Assembly (NCBI GenBank): GCA_028749205.1 | Contig: JAQULR010000008.1 | Coordinates: 2,672 to 66,671, forward strand | DNA: 64,000 bases | Direction: 5' to 3' | Source: Acidobacteriota bacterium | Lineage (GTDB): Bacteria > Acidobacteriota > Aminicenantia > Aminicenantales > Saccharicenantaceae | In this document: positions 1 through 9,150 of the stretch, piece after piece | Layout of the letters: every line of letters begins with the position of its first letter | Position numbering within the stretch: the first letter of the stretch is position 1 | Program-made: the position numbers and the translations under genes | Notes under the pieces: generated by a model | Told to the model about the DNA's origin: nothing | Database searches by the model: none | What the model saw: the letters and a program-made list of their open reading frames with translations, nothing else

Positions 1-47
1 TGTAACAAATCAAAAATTCTTTAGTTTAATTATTTTAGGAGGTAAAA

Positions 48-1505
48 ATGGCTAAAGCTCTGTTATCGGCAAAAATCAGGACTAACATGGCTGTGACCAC
101 TCTTAAACTTTTAACCAACAGAAGTTTTCTTCGAAGCTGGGCCTTAAAAACAGCTTCCAGAAAAGTTCAGGAAAACCTGCTCGATTATGAAATGACCAAA
201 GGTTCAAAGTGCAGATATTTGGCTTCGGTGGAGGCTCAGTACATTATAAACTTGATGAACCAGGGGATCAAAAATCTTGATAAGGGAATTCTATCGCCTC
301 AATATTTGAAAAAGGTAGCCGAGACTCTTGGCCGCGGCCTTTGGGGAGAGTCTAACCGAAGTCAAGAAGCTTCTGTCAAATACATAGAGAAATATGGTAT
401 GGAACCACCCGCCTTCTGCACCATCTCTCCAACCCAAAAATGTAATCTTAACTGCACCGGTTGTTATGCTTCCAGCAGCTCGCGGTCCTCAGCTACTTTG
501 CCTTATTGGGCTGTCCAGCGCCTGGTCAAAGAAATGCGGGACATCTGTGGTGCCAGTTTTACTGTCATCTCCGGGGGTGAGCCATTCTTATGGCACGATG
601 GAAATAAAAATCTAATAACTTTATTGGAAGAATTCAATGATATGTTCTTTCTGGTTTATACCAACGGACTGCTCATCGATGACCGGCGGGCTAAACAAAT
701 GTTAGAACTGGGAAACATTACTCCAGCTATTTCCTTTGAAGGTTATGAAGAACAAACTGACCACAGGAGAGGTCCAGGTGTTTTCCGTAAATCTCTGGCC
801 AGTATCGATCGGCTTAAAAAATACGGTGTCGGATTCGGCGTTTCTATAACTGCCACTAAAGAAAACATTAATCTCTTACTTGAAGATAGCTTTTATGAAT
901 ACTGGTTCGAAGAGATTGGAGCAACCTACATGTGGATGTTCCATCTGCTGCCGATAGGTCGGGCCAGAGAGGTAATGTCTCTGGTCTTATCACCCGAAGA
1001 ACGAGTCGCCTTGATGACTAAGTGGGAAGAACTTCTCTTCAAGCGAGGTTATTTTATTGGAGATTTCTGGAATAGCGGAGCGGCCAGCCGTGGCTGTATC
1101 GCTTATGGTCGTCCTAATGGATATTTTTACGTCGACTGGAACGGAAATATCATGCCATGTGTGTTTGTTCCATATTATAAAGACAACATTTATGAGCTTT
1201 ATAAAAACGGAAAAACAATTGAGGATGCTTTGATGAGTGATTATTTTAAGAGAGGAAGAAGCTGGCAGGAGGAATATGGATACCTGAGCACACCACCAGG
1301 AAATTTCCTTGCTCCTTGCTCTATCAGAGACAACCACCAGCATTTTAGAGAAAAAATCTTAGCGCCTGATATAAAACCTGAAGATGATTCGGCCAGAGCA
1401 GCTCTGGAGGATCCCGAATACTTCCAGAAAATGGTTGAGTTTGGCGAAAAGATCCGTCAGCTTACTGAGCCCCTGTGGCAAGATAGAGTTAATCAGAAAT
1501 TATAA
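48..1505 (+). CDS. radical SAM protein with long N-terminal extension and Cys-containing C-terminal auxiliary region
   Basis: 485-aa ORF. SD GGAGG lies just upstream of the ATG. CNLNCTGC (CX3CX2C) motif sits about 130 aa in. SGGEPF motif is present. C-terminal cysteines occur in CIAYG...MPCVFVP...APCS. Confidence 0.8.
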   Translation: MAKALLSAKIRTNMAVTTLKLLTNRSFLRSWALKTASRKVQENLLDYEMTKGSKCRYLASVEAQYIINLMNQGIKNLDKGILSPQYLKKVAETLGRGLWGESNRSQEASVKYIEKYGMEPPAFCTISPTQKCNLNCTGCYASSSSRSSATLPYWAVQRLVKEMRDICGASFTVISGGEPFLWHDGNKNLITLLEEFNDMFFLVYTNGLLIDDRRAKQMLELGNITPAISFEGYEEQTDHRRGPGVFRKSLASIDRLKKYGVGFGVSITATKENINLLLEDSFYEYWFEEIGATYMWMFHLLPIGRAREVMSLVLSPEERVALMTKWEELLFKRGYFIGDFWNSGAASRGCIAYGRPNGYFYVDWNGNIMPCVFVPYYKDNIYELYKNGKTIEDALMSDYFKRGRSWQEEYGYLSTPPGNFLAPCSIRDNHQHFREKILAPDIKPEDDSARAALEDPEYFQKMVEFGEKIRQLTEPLWQDRVNQKL

Positions 1506-1571
1506 ATCCTGCTTTATTCGCTATCCGATGATGCCCGATAAGATGCTGCTTCAACCAATCTGACCGTATTT

Positions 1572-2975
1572 TTAGCTATTCAATATATGCAGTGCCTTCC
1601 CATTAGCTTTTAGCGCAGCTTCGGAGATAGCTTCTGATAGAGTCGGATGAATGTAGATAATAGAATCAATATCCTTGAGCTTAAGATGTCTGGAAACCGT
1701 TAGAGTCAGCACCGGTATCAGCTCACTGGCATGTGGTGCCAGAAGATGAGCCCCGATGACTTCATCGGTTTTTTTGTCAGCCACTATTCGGACAACTCCC
1801 TCAAGACTATTCAGAGTTAGAGCCCGGCCACTGGCCTGAAGAGGGAACTCCCCTATCTTTATTTCTATCCCTTTGGCCTGGGCTTCTTCCTGTGACAGAC
1901 CGACCGTAGCCAGTTCTGGCTCGGTATAAATGGCTGCTGGCAAAGCAGCATAGTCGGCTTGACTATCGAGTCCGGCTGCGTTCTCGGCAGCAACAATTCC
2001 ATCATGATAGGCTTTATGAGCCAGAAGTTTTCCCCCTATTAAATCACCAATAGCATAAACATCAGGCATAGAAGTCTGGCAGTGGGCATCAACTTCGACA
2101 AAATTTCCCCTCTGTAACTTTAGCAGGCCTGGTTCCCAGACCAGGCCTTCGATGTTGGGTTTTCTGCCAGCCGCAATCAACACCTTTTCAGCATTAAATT
2201 CAAAGGGTTTATTATCAGGCATGGAAATTCCTTTAAGCTTCACCTGGTCTTGGCTTATTTCAGAAGATTCAATCTTCACATTAAGATGAATTTTCAAACC
2301 CTGTTTTTTTAGAATTCTCTCCAGTCGCTGAGCCGTAGTCAGGTCTGTACCGGGAAGAATAGAAGGCATTATTTCCAGGATAGTGACTTCAGTCCCTATC
2401 CTTTGATAGATAGACCCCAGCTCCAACCCGATCGCCCCAGCACCAATCACCAGTAGGCTTCGGGGAGGTTCTGCAAGTGATAGAGCTTCTGTACTGGAAA
2501 TAACCCGTTTTCTATCAAACCTCAAAAATGGAAAATCAGCCGGCCGGCTCCCAGTAGCCAGGATAATTTTATCAGCTCTAAGGGCTTTCTCATCTAAGCC
2601 GTTCGTAAGATTAACCTCACCTGGAGCAGTTATCCTGGCTTTTCCCTTGATTATCTGAACCTTATTACGGTCAAGTAAAAATTCTAATCCCTTCACCAAA
2701 CGGTTAACCACCGTCTGTTTTCCTTGCTGAACTTTCTGCCAGTTGAGCTTGAGCTCCTGAAGTGGACCCTCCAGGTTAATATTATTTTTAAGTTGATGAA
2801 AAAGGTCAGTTTGATGACAGAGATATTTGGTCGGAATACATCCGGAATTTATGCAGATTCCCCCGACTCTATCTTCTTCAATAAGCGTCACCTTCAGACC
2901 GAGCTGGGCGGCTCTCAGGGCGGCCAGGTAGCCCCCTGGACCGCCGCCTATTATTACCAGGTTCTTTTCTCCCAT
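1572..2975 (-). CDS. lpdA: dihydrolipoyl dehydrogenase (E3)
   Basis: N-terminal GGGPGGY FAD fold. Redox disulfide GGICINSGCIPTK. Second GAGAIGLE NAD fold. C-terminal HPTLSE interface motif. Confidence 0.9.
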   Translation of the reverse strand: MGEKNLVIIGGGPGGYLAALRAAQLGLKVTLIEEDRVGGICINSGCIPTKYLCHQTDLFHQLKNNINLEGPLQELKLNWQKVQQGKQTVVNRLVKGLEFLLDRNKVQIIKGKARITAPGEVNLTNGLDEKALRADKIILATGSRPADFPFLRFDRKRVISSTEALSLAEPPRSLLVIGAGAIGLELGSIYQRIGTEVTILEIMPSILPGTDLTTAQRLERILKKQGLKIHLNVKIESSEISQDQVKLKGISMPDNKPFEFNAEKVLIAAGRKPNIEGLVWEPGLLKLQRGNFVEVDAHCQTSMPDVYAIGDLIGGKLLAHKAYHDGIVAAENAAGLDSQADYAALPAAIYTEPELATVGLSQEEAQAKGIEIKIGEFPLQASGRALTLNSLEGVVRIVADKKTDEVIGAHLLAPHASELIPVLTLTVSRHLKLKDIDSIIYIHPTLSEAISEAALKANGKALHILNS

Positions 2976-3162
2976 ATCTTTTTCTCCTTTTCTTTTATTC
3001 CCTGCTTATTGTTGAAAAAAACTTTCCATGTTATTACCAACTCCGAATTTATTACCATGACTCCTTCTATTTCAATTCAGACTGTTAGAACTGCCTTTTT
3101 ATTCCAGTCTATTTCACAGGTCAAGGACAAGCTACTATTCTGAACCTTCAAGCCTTTCAGTT

Positions 3163-4197
3163 TTACACCGTTAATATTGCCTTAAATGCCTTGATAGCTC
3201 TGCCTACGTCTTCATCATCCACATCTTTGTGGGTTACCAGCCTTATACCACCAAAAACACTTAGGGCCAGGATACCGTTTTCCTTTAGTTTGTCCAGAAA
3301 CTCAGGTATGGTCAACTTCGGATGGTTAAAGTAAAGAACAATAATATTAGTCTGGACATCTACGGGTTTCAGGGTGATTCCTGGTAAGTCATAAATCGCT
3401 TGAGCCAGCCTTTTGGCCCTCAGATGATCTTCTTTTAGCCTGGCTACCATTTTAGTTAGCGAGATTATTCCACAGGCAGCCAGGATTCCAGCCTGTCTCA
3501 TGCCGCCGCCCAGGGCTTTTCTAAAACGTCTGGCATAATCGATGGTTTGGCGGTCAGAAACCAGCATAGAGCCAACCGGAGAAGATAACCCCTTGCTCAG
3601 GCAGAACATTACTGAATCACAATATTTTGCATAGTCCTTTACAGGGACCCCTGAAGCCTGACTGGCGTTAAATATCCTGGCCCCGTCCAAGTGGACTTTC
3701 AGTCCGAACTCATCAGCAATTTTTCTCGTTTCCACGAAGGTTTCTAAAGGAAGAACAGCTCCACCCCAGTTGTTATGGGTATTTTCTAAGCAAATTAGAG
3801 AAGTCCGCGGGGTATGGACCGAAGGCAACCTCACATTCTTTCTTATAATTTCAGGTGCCAAGGCGCCCCGCTCTGAAGGTAATGGTCTCGGAGTGACCCT
3901 GGAAATGAAAGTCATATGGGTTGATTCCATATTGTAAATATGCGATTTTTCTTCGACAATGACCTCTTCCAATTCTCTGGTCCACATCTTAACGGCAATG
4001 GAATTCCCCATGGTTCCTGAGGGCACATATAATCCGGCTTCTTTACCCATGAGGGAAGCTGCCAGATCTTCTAGCTTTTGAACCGTCGGATCATCTCCCA
4101 GGACATCATCGCCGACTTCAGCTTCCATCAGTGCCCGCCGCATCTCTTCGGTAGGCTGAGTAACAGTATCACTCCTAAAATCTGAATATAGTTTCAT
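3163..4197 (-). CDS. ltaE: low-specificity L-threonine aldolase
   Basis: FRSDTVTQPTEEM...GDDVLGDDPTV and GTMGN motifs are typical of the family. I chose the ATG at 4197 (MKLYSDFRSD) because AAGGAG precedes it. The track start at 4257 is the alternative. Confidence 0.85.
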   Translation of the reverse strand: MKLYSDFRSDTVTQPTEEMRRALMEAEVGDDVLGDDPTVQKLEDLAASLMGKEAGLYVPSGTMGNSIAVKMWTRELEEVIVEEKSHIYNMESTHMTFISRVTPRPLPSERGALAPEIIRKNVRLPSVHTPRTSLICLENTHNNWGGAVLPLETFVETRKIADEFGLKVHLDGARIFNASQASGVPVKDYAKYCDSVMFCLSKGLSSPVGSMLVSDRQTIDYARRFRKALGGGMRQAGILAACGIISLTKMVARLKEDHLRAKRLAQAIYDLPGITLKPVDVQTNIIVLYFNHPKLTIPEFLDKLKENGILALSVFGGIRLVTHKDVDDEDVGRAIKAFKAILTV

Positions 4198-4438
4198 CGA
4201 GCTCTCCTTATATGAAATATGAAAAAGATTTTTTGTTTTACCTGTTAAATCGATCACCTAAGTTAAATAATTATAGGACGATTTCTTAGCTCTAACAACC
4301 AGAAAATCACCGACCTTCAAACAATCTACTTTATTTTCAGACAATTCTTAAGGCAACTCATAGCTTATTTACTCGGTTATCAATCTATGATATAGATATA
4401 AGTCTTAAAAAATAATTGCTTTCATTGTAAACCTGAGT

Positions 4439-5164
4439 ATGGCTAACAACAATAACTATTGGTACCTCGACGTGATAAACATTATACTGCTCGTTCTTAT
4501 CTTTTTTTTCAGTGGAGCGGTTATTTCTTCCCAGATTATTCTCAGTGATGAAATGGTTTATGTGCCTGATATTACCAGAAAAACCGTTGACCAGGCCAGG
4601 AGCGAACTCCGGAAAAGGGACCTGGGTTTGACAATATCTGGCTTTAGTTTTTCAGAGGAACTGGACAAGGGACGTATCATTGCCCAGGACCCGGCACCCG
4701 GCTCCAGGCTCAAAGTAAACCGGCAGATATCGGTGATTGTCAGCAGCGGCAGCGAAGCCGTCACTGTCCCCCTTTATGCTGGTAAAAGTCTCGAACAGGC
4801 CACAGCTAATATGAGACAAATCGGTCTGGCGAGAGGCCCCCTATCTCAGATTCACAGCAGCCGTTATCCAGCAGGAAGAATAATTGCTCAAACGCCGCCG
4901 GCAGGAACTGTAGTTGAAAGGAACCATCCGGTTGGTTTTCTTATCAGCCAGGGGGCACCGGAAAACAAATATATAATGCCTGACCTGTTAGGCCGGAAAG
5001 CAGATAATGTAGTCCTTTGGTTGCAGAAAGCCGGATTTAAGCTTGAGGATATCAGACATGTTTATTACCCCGGTCTGGCAAAAGGGATTGTTGTCAGGCA
5101 AAATCCACCCAGTGGTTATCCGATACAGAAACGCAACCCTATCAACCTGGAGGTCAGCCGTTAA
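4439..5164 (+). CDS. membrane-anchored protein with three PASTA repeats and no kinase domain
   Basis: N-terminal TM helix (VINIILLVLIFFFSGAVI) followed by three repeats of about 65 aa. Each ends in a ...IIAQ.P..G...... motif typical of PASTA. The stop abuts the rpe start. Confidence 0.75.
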   Translation: MANNNNYWYLDVINIILLVLIFFFSGAVISSQIILSDEMVYVPDITRKTVDQARSELRKRDLGLTISGFSFSEELDKGRIIAQDPAPGSRLKVNRQISVIVSSGSEAVTVPLYAGKSLEQATANMRQIGLARGPLSQIHSSRYPAGRIIAQTPPAGTVVERNHPVGFLISQGAPENKYIMPDLLGRKADNVVLWLQKAGFKLEDIRHVYYPGLAKGIVVRQNPPSGYPIQKRNPINLEVSR

Positions 5165-5848
5165 ATGCATCTTATAGCCCCTTCTATTTTGTCAGCCGAC
5201 TTTTCCCAACTGGCTGAGGCTGCCAGTCTGGCTGAGAAGGGCCAGGCTGATATGGTGCATCTTGATGTCATGGATGGTCACTTTGTCCCTAATATAACCT
5301 TCGGCCATCAACTGGTGGCCTCCCTGCGTGAGAAAACCAGCCTGCCCTTAAACGTCCATCTAATGGTGGACAATCCCTCAATTATGATTCCGTTATTTAT
5401 AGAAGCTGGCTCTGACTGGTTGTCGTTTCACTTGGAGGCTTCTCGGCACGTCCATAAAGACCTGTCCACAATAAAGGAAGCGGGACGAAAAGCTGGCCTG
5501 GCTCTCAACCCGGCCACTCCGATAGAATTGCTGAATGAAGTTCTTGAAGATCTGGACTTTATAGTGATAATGACCGTCAATCCAGGATGGGGAGGTCAGA
5601 AATTTATCCCGGCTACTAAAAACAAAATAAAACGGCTAAGTCAAGAGTTAGCCGAAAAAAGACTGCCGGCCTTAATTGCCGTTGACGGTGGAGTCAGTCT
5701 TAGCAATATGGCTGCCTTATTCGAGCTTGGGATGAATATTGCCATCTGTGGTTCTTCAGTTTATGGGGCCGATAACCCGGTGGAGATGATCCGGAAAATG
5801 AAGGCCCTGGCTACAGAATTTAATAAATGTTCTGTCCAGAAAAAATGA
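5165..5848 (+). CDS. rpe: ribulose-phosphate 3-epimerase
   Basis: APSILSADF, HLDVMDGHFVPNITFG, MTVNPGWGGQKF and VDGG motifs. Confidence 0.92.
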   Translation: MHLIAPSILSADFSQLAEAASLAEKGQADMVHLDVMDGHFVPNITFGHQLVASLREKTSLPLNVHLMVDNPSIMIPLFIEAGSDWLSFHLEASRHVHKDLSTIKEAGRKAGLALNPATPIELLNEVLEDLDFIVIMTVNPGWGGQKFIPATKNKIKRLSQELAEKRLPALIAVDGGVSLSNMAALFELGMNIAICGSSVYGADNPVEMIRKMKALATEFNKCSVQKK

Positions 5849-5867
5849 TTTGAGTTGAGGTTCCGAG

Positions 5868-6680
5868 ATGAGAAAAAGCTTTTTGATTGTTTTAACTTTA
5901 GCCCTGATAGCCAGCTCTCTAATCTCTATTTCATGCAAAAAAAGCGGCTTAGAATCTGTACCTCCCGAAGCCCTATCCTCTGACGAAGCCCTTTTCAAGC
6001 TCGGAGAAACCTATATCAAAAAGGACATGGATAAAGGCATGCTCTATTTGAGGCAACTCATCGATTCTTATCCCAGGAGTTTTTATGCCCAGCGAGCCAA
6101 GCTGTTGATTGCTGATACTTACTTCAGCAAAGGAGATGAAGCCAGCATGATTCTGGCCGCAGCCGAATACCGGGAATTTATGAGCCTGTACCCCACCAGT
6201 CCTTCTGTCCCTTACTGTCAGTATCAGATTGCCATGACCTACTATAAAAATATTTTGAAACCTGGTCGAGATCAGACCAAGACCATCCAAGCTTTAAACG
6301 AATTCAAAAAAGTTGTAGCTAATTATCCCACCAGCGAATATGCTGCTCAGGCCCAAGAAAAAATCATGGAATGCGAGCAACGTCTGGCCGCTCATGAATT
6401 TCATATTGCAGAACATTACTTTAAGACTAAAGCTTACCGAGCTGCTCTACCCCGACTCAGGGGAATTATAACCACCTATCCTGATTTCGATCGGATGGAC
6501 GCCGTCTACTTTTATTTAGCCGAGATTTATTACCAGACCAAGCAATATGATGAAAGTTTTCCTTACTACACCAAAGTAATTTCAGATTTTCCGAACAGTA
6601 AATTTGTCAAGAAGGCTCAAAAGAGATTACAATCAATAGATGAAATTAAAAAAGCAGACAACCTCAAGAAAACTGGTTGA
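5868..6680 (+). CDS. bamD: outer membrane protein assembly factor BamD (TPR lipoprotein)
   Basis: Signal peptide with lipobox-like SISC. Repeated YP.S.YA/AQ TPR-like motifs. LAAHEFHIAEHYFKTKAYRAA is the characteristic BamD segment. Confidence 0.8.
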   Translation: MRKSFLIVLTLALIASSLISISCKKSGLESVPPEALSSDEALFKLGETYIKKDMDKGMLYLRQLIDSYPRSFYAQRAKLLIADTYFSKGDEASMILAAAEYREFMSLYPTSPSVPYCQYQIAMTYYKNILKPGRDQTKTIQALNEFKKVVANYPTSEYAAQAQEKIMECEQRLAAHEFHIAEHYFKTKAYRAALPRLRGIITTYPDFDRMDAVYFYLAEIYYQTKQYDESFPYYTKVISDFPNSKFVKKAQKRLQSIDEIKKADNLKKTG

Positions 6681-6702
6681 ACCCAGTTGGGGAGGAGAGT
6701 TA

Positions 6703-7497
6703 ATGGCAACTATACTTAGAAAGACAGAGGGACCGGCCTGTTCTCTGGTAGTTTTACTGGTTATTCTGTGCCTATCAGGGGGCAGTCAGACATTGATGGC
6801 TCAGAGTCAAACCTGGAATAAAACTACCTGTCAGTACGGTCTTACCGGAGAATTATTCAACCGTGGAATCAAATGGGAAGATCAGACCTCAACTCTTAAA
6901 TCTACTAATATTATGCTGGAATTTAAGGCCAGAAACTTAGCTAACAGGTTTAACCTGCGATTGTTTGGCGGACTGGAACTGGCCAAAATGAATGGCTTGC
7001 TATTCGAGAATCTTCCAATTACCCTGGAATATCAAGGGGGAAATATAACTGGAATAATTGTTGGAGTTAGAGCTGACACTAAACTTTTCACCGTCTCCAA
7101 TTTTAATATTGGTGTCCTGGCTGAGTTTGCTTCTTATTTCGGATTCAAAAAGTCATTCGAGATGACAGGATTTCCGGTAACAGCCGAGGCTAAGGCTGAG
7201 CCTGACTGGGCCCAGGCTTCGGGTGGCCTGATGGTCTCCTATGAAGCTCTGGCAGGCAGTCAACCTTTTTTGGAGTTGGCTGTTTCTCACCTCTGGGGTT
7301 CATTTAAAATGACTGAGCAAATAGAAGACCTGGTGGGAGCCCAGACAGTTGACCTAAAGTCTGCTGGCCTCCTTTCAATTACTCTTGGTTGGAATTTTTT
7401 CCTGGTCGATAAAATTACCATTACGCCGAGAATAAGCCTTTATCCAGCTTCAAAGTTCGCCATGGGTGGCGGCCTAAGTATTTGTTATGGTTTTTAA
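6703..7497 (+). CDS. hypothetical outer-membrane beta-barrel protein
   Basis: The ATG at 6703 is preceded by GGAGGAG; the track start at 6640 overlaps bamD. Signal peptide ends in MAQS. Amphipathic strands alternate, and the C-terminus is ...SICYGF (terminal Phe). Confidence 0.55.
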   Translation: MATILRKTEGPACSLVVLLVILCLSGGSQTLMAQSQTWNKTTCQYGLTGELFNRGIKWEDQTSTLKSTNIMLEFKARNLANRFNLRLFGGLELAKMNGLLFENLPITLEYQGGNITGIIVGVRADTKLFTVSNFNIGVLAEFASYFGFKKSFEMTGFPVTAEAKAEPDWAQASGGLMVSYEALAGSQPFLELAVSHLWGSFKMTEQIEDLVGAQTVDLKSAGLLSITLGWNFFLVDKITITPRISLYPASKFAMGGGLSICYGF

Positions 7498-7518
7498 CAG
7501 CCATAAAGGAGGGTAACC

Positions 7519-8970
7519 ATGAGTTTTATGATCCATAGCAAAAAAGCAAAGTCTTTTCCAGTAGCTTTATCGATTCTTTTGGTGATGATTCTAATTATAG
7601 GCACCGGGCACCTGGCTGCCCAGAAAACCATTAAAGAAAAGATTAAGGAAAAGAAAGCTGCTGCCCAGACGCAAAAGACCGAGAGTAAATTAGGAAATGT
7701 TCTGTCCTCTAAGTTTAACGATGATACTCTCAATAAAATAAAAATAATGAGTCAGCCCGAGGCCCGGCAGTCAAGTAAAAAATATTCTTCAGAAAAAATT
7801 CTGGTTAAATTTAAGCCAGGTCTTTCAACCCAGGCTACTCATAATATCCTTGAGGCTTATCAAGCTGAGAGCTACCGACTAATTCCAAAGATAAATGTTT
7901 ATGTAGTTAGGGTTCAGGAAGAAATTTCGGTTGAAGATAGCCTAGCTGCTTTAAAGAGAAATCCCGACGTGCTCTATGCCGAGCCAGATTATAAACTGCA
8001 TCTGTTGGCTGAGCCTAACGACGAGCTTTTTAAGTACCAGTATGCCCTCTACAATAAAGGTGGGACTCTGCAGATTCCCGGTAGTCCCACTGGAAAGCAA
8101 AGAGCTGATATTAAAGCCACTGGAGCCTGGGATTATGTCAGAGGCAACCCTGAGGTCCTGGTGGCAGTTTTGGACACAGGAGTTGATTATACCCACCCGG
8201 ATTTGGCCAGCAAGGTTATTTCTACTGGGCGTGATTTTGTAAATCAGGATGATGATGCCTTCGACGATCACTGGCATGGAACCCACGTGGCTGGAATAAT
8301 CGGAGCTGCCACTAATAACAACGAGGGTATCGCCGGAGTTGCCTGGAACTGCCAGATTCTTCCAGGCAAGATAATATCAGCTGAGGGGGAAGGCGATTAC
8401 TCTTGGCTGATTGAAGCTCTGGTCTGGGCTGCTGATTATACCTCGGGGCAGGCCAGGGTTAGAGTAATCAACATGAGTGTTGGGGGAGATGAACCAGCTG
8501 AAGCTCTGGAGGAAGCCTTAGGATATGCTTACAACAAGGGAATTATCCTGGTGGCTGCTTCTGGAAATGATGGGCTACCAGGTGTTCTCTACCCAGCGGC
8601 CTATGATAATTATTGCCTGGCAGTAGGTGCCAGTGATTATAACGATCAGATTGCCGACTTCAGTAATAGTGGCCCAGAGGTCGATGTGGCTGCTCCGGGA
8701 GTCTGGGTGCTCAGCACGATTCCTATGGCCATGACTGAACCCGGATATCTTCCTTATGCTTATGGCTCCGGAACATCCATGTCTGCTCCCCATGTAGCCG
8801 GATTTGCTGCCCTGATTAAATCCCACAAGCCCTGGCTAACGCCAGCTGAAATCATGAAGATAATCAAATATACACCTGATGATATTCACGAAGCTGGAAT
8901 AGATGAATATGCCGGTTATGGCCGGATTAATACTGAGAGGGCTTTGACCCCGTTCAGAATATTGAAATAA
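7519..8970 (+). CDS. secreted subtilisin-like serine peptidase (S8) with propeptide
   Basis: Signal/TM segment at the N-terminus. Catalytic triad motifs VAVLDTGVD, HGTHVAG and GTSMSAPHVAG. Confidence 0.9.
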   Translation: MSFMIHSKKAKSFPVALSILLVMILIIGTGHLAAQKTIKEKIKEKKAAAQTQKTESKLGNVLSSKFNDDTLNKIKIMSQPEARQSSKKYSSEKILVKFKPGLSTQATHNILEAYQAESYRLIPKINVYVVRVQEEISVEDSLAALKRNPDVLYAEPDYKLHLLAEPNDELFKYQYALYNKGGTLQIPGSPTGKQRADIKATGAWDYVRGNPEVLVAVLDTGVDYTHPDLASKVISTGRDFVNQDDDAFDDHWHGTHVAGIIGAATNNNEGIAGVAWNCQILPGKIISAEGEGDYSWLIEALVWAADYTSGQARVRVINMSVGGDEPAEALEEALGYAYNKGIILVAASGNDGLPGVLYPAAYDNYCLAVGASDYNDQIADFSNSGPEVDVAAPGVWVLSTIPMAMTEPGYLPYAYGSGTSMSAPHVAGFAALIKSHKPWLTPAEIMKIIKYTPDDIHEAGIDEYAGYGRINTERALTPFRILK

Positions 8971-9150
8971 TTTAGCCTGGATTAATCATAGAAAGGGCCT
9001 GAGTCAAGAGTTATAATCACCAAATGGCAGAAATTTGGAGGCCTAAGGCCATCTTTTATAACAGCCAAATAGACCGGGTTGGATTATTTAGAGAAATTCA
9101 GAGAAACAAAACAGGTAAAAAGTAGCTTTTCGCTTTAGCCTCAACTGAGA

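Noticed and set aside
394-1343. Track ORFs nested in or antisense to the radical SAM gene (394..615 +, 990..1343 -). Similar shadow ORFs occur throughout, for example 10206..10559, 24843..25193, 46728..47042, 56059..56830 and 63500..63968.
   Set aside because: Each lies fully inside or antisense to a longer ORF with clear family motifs. None has an SD, and their composition is odd (Ser/Arg/Leu-rich), which is typical of off-frame translation.
9012-9125. 33-codon ORF (ATG at 9024) starting 6 nt after a TATAAT box, which could be a leaderless small gene upstream of recN.
   Set aside because: It has no SD and no recognisable sequence features. A short AT-rich intergenic ORF like this is expected by chance, and I cannot support it without conservation data.
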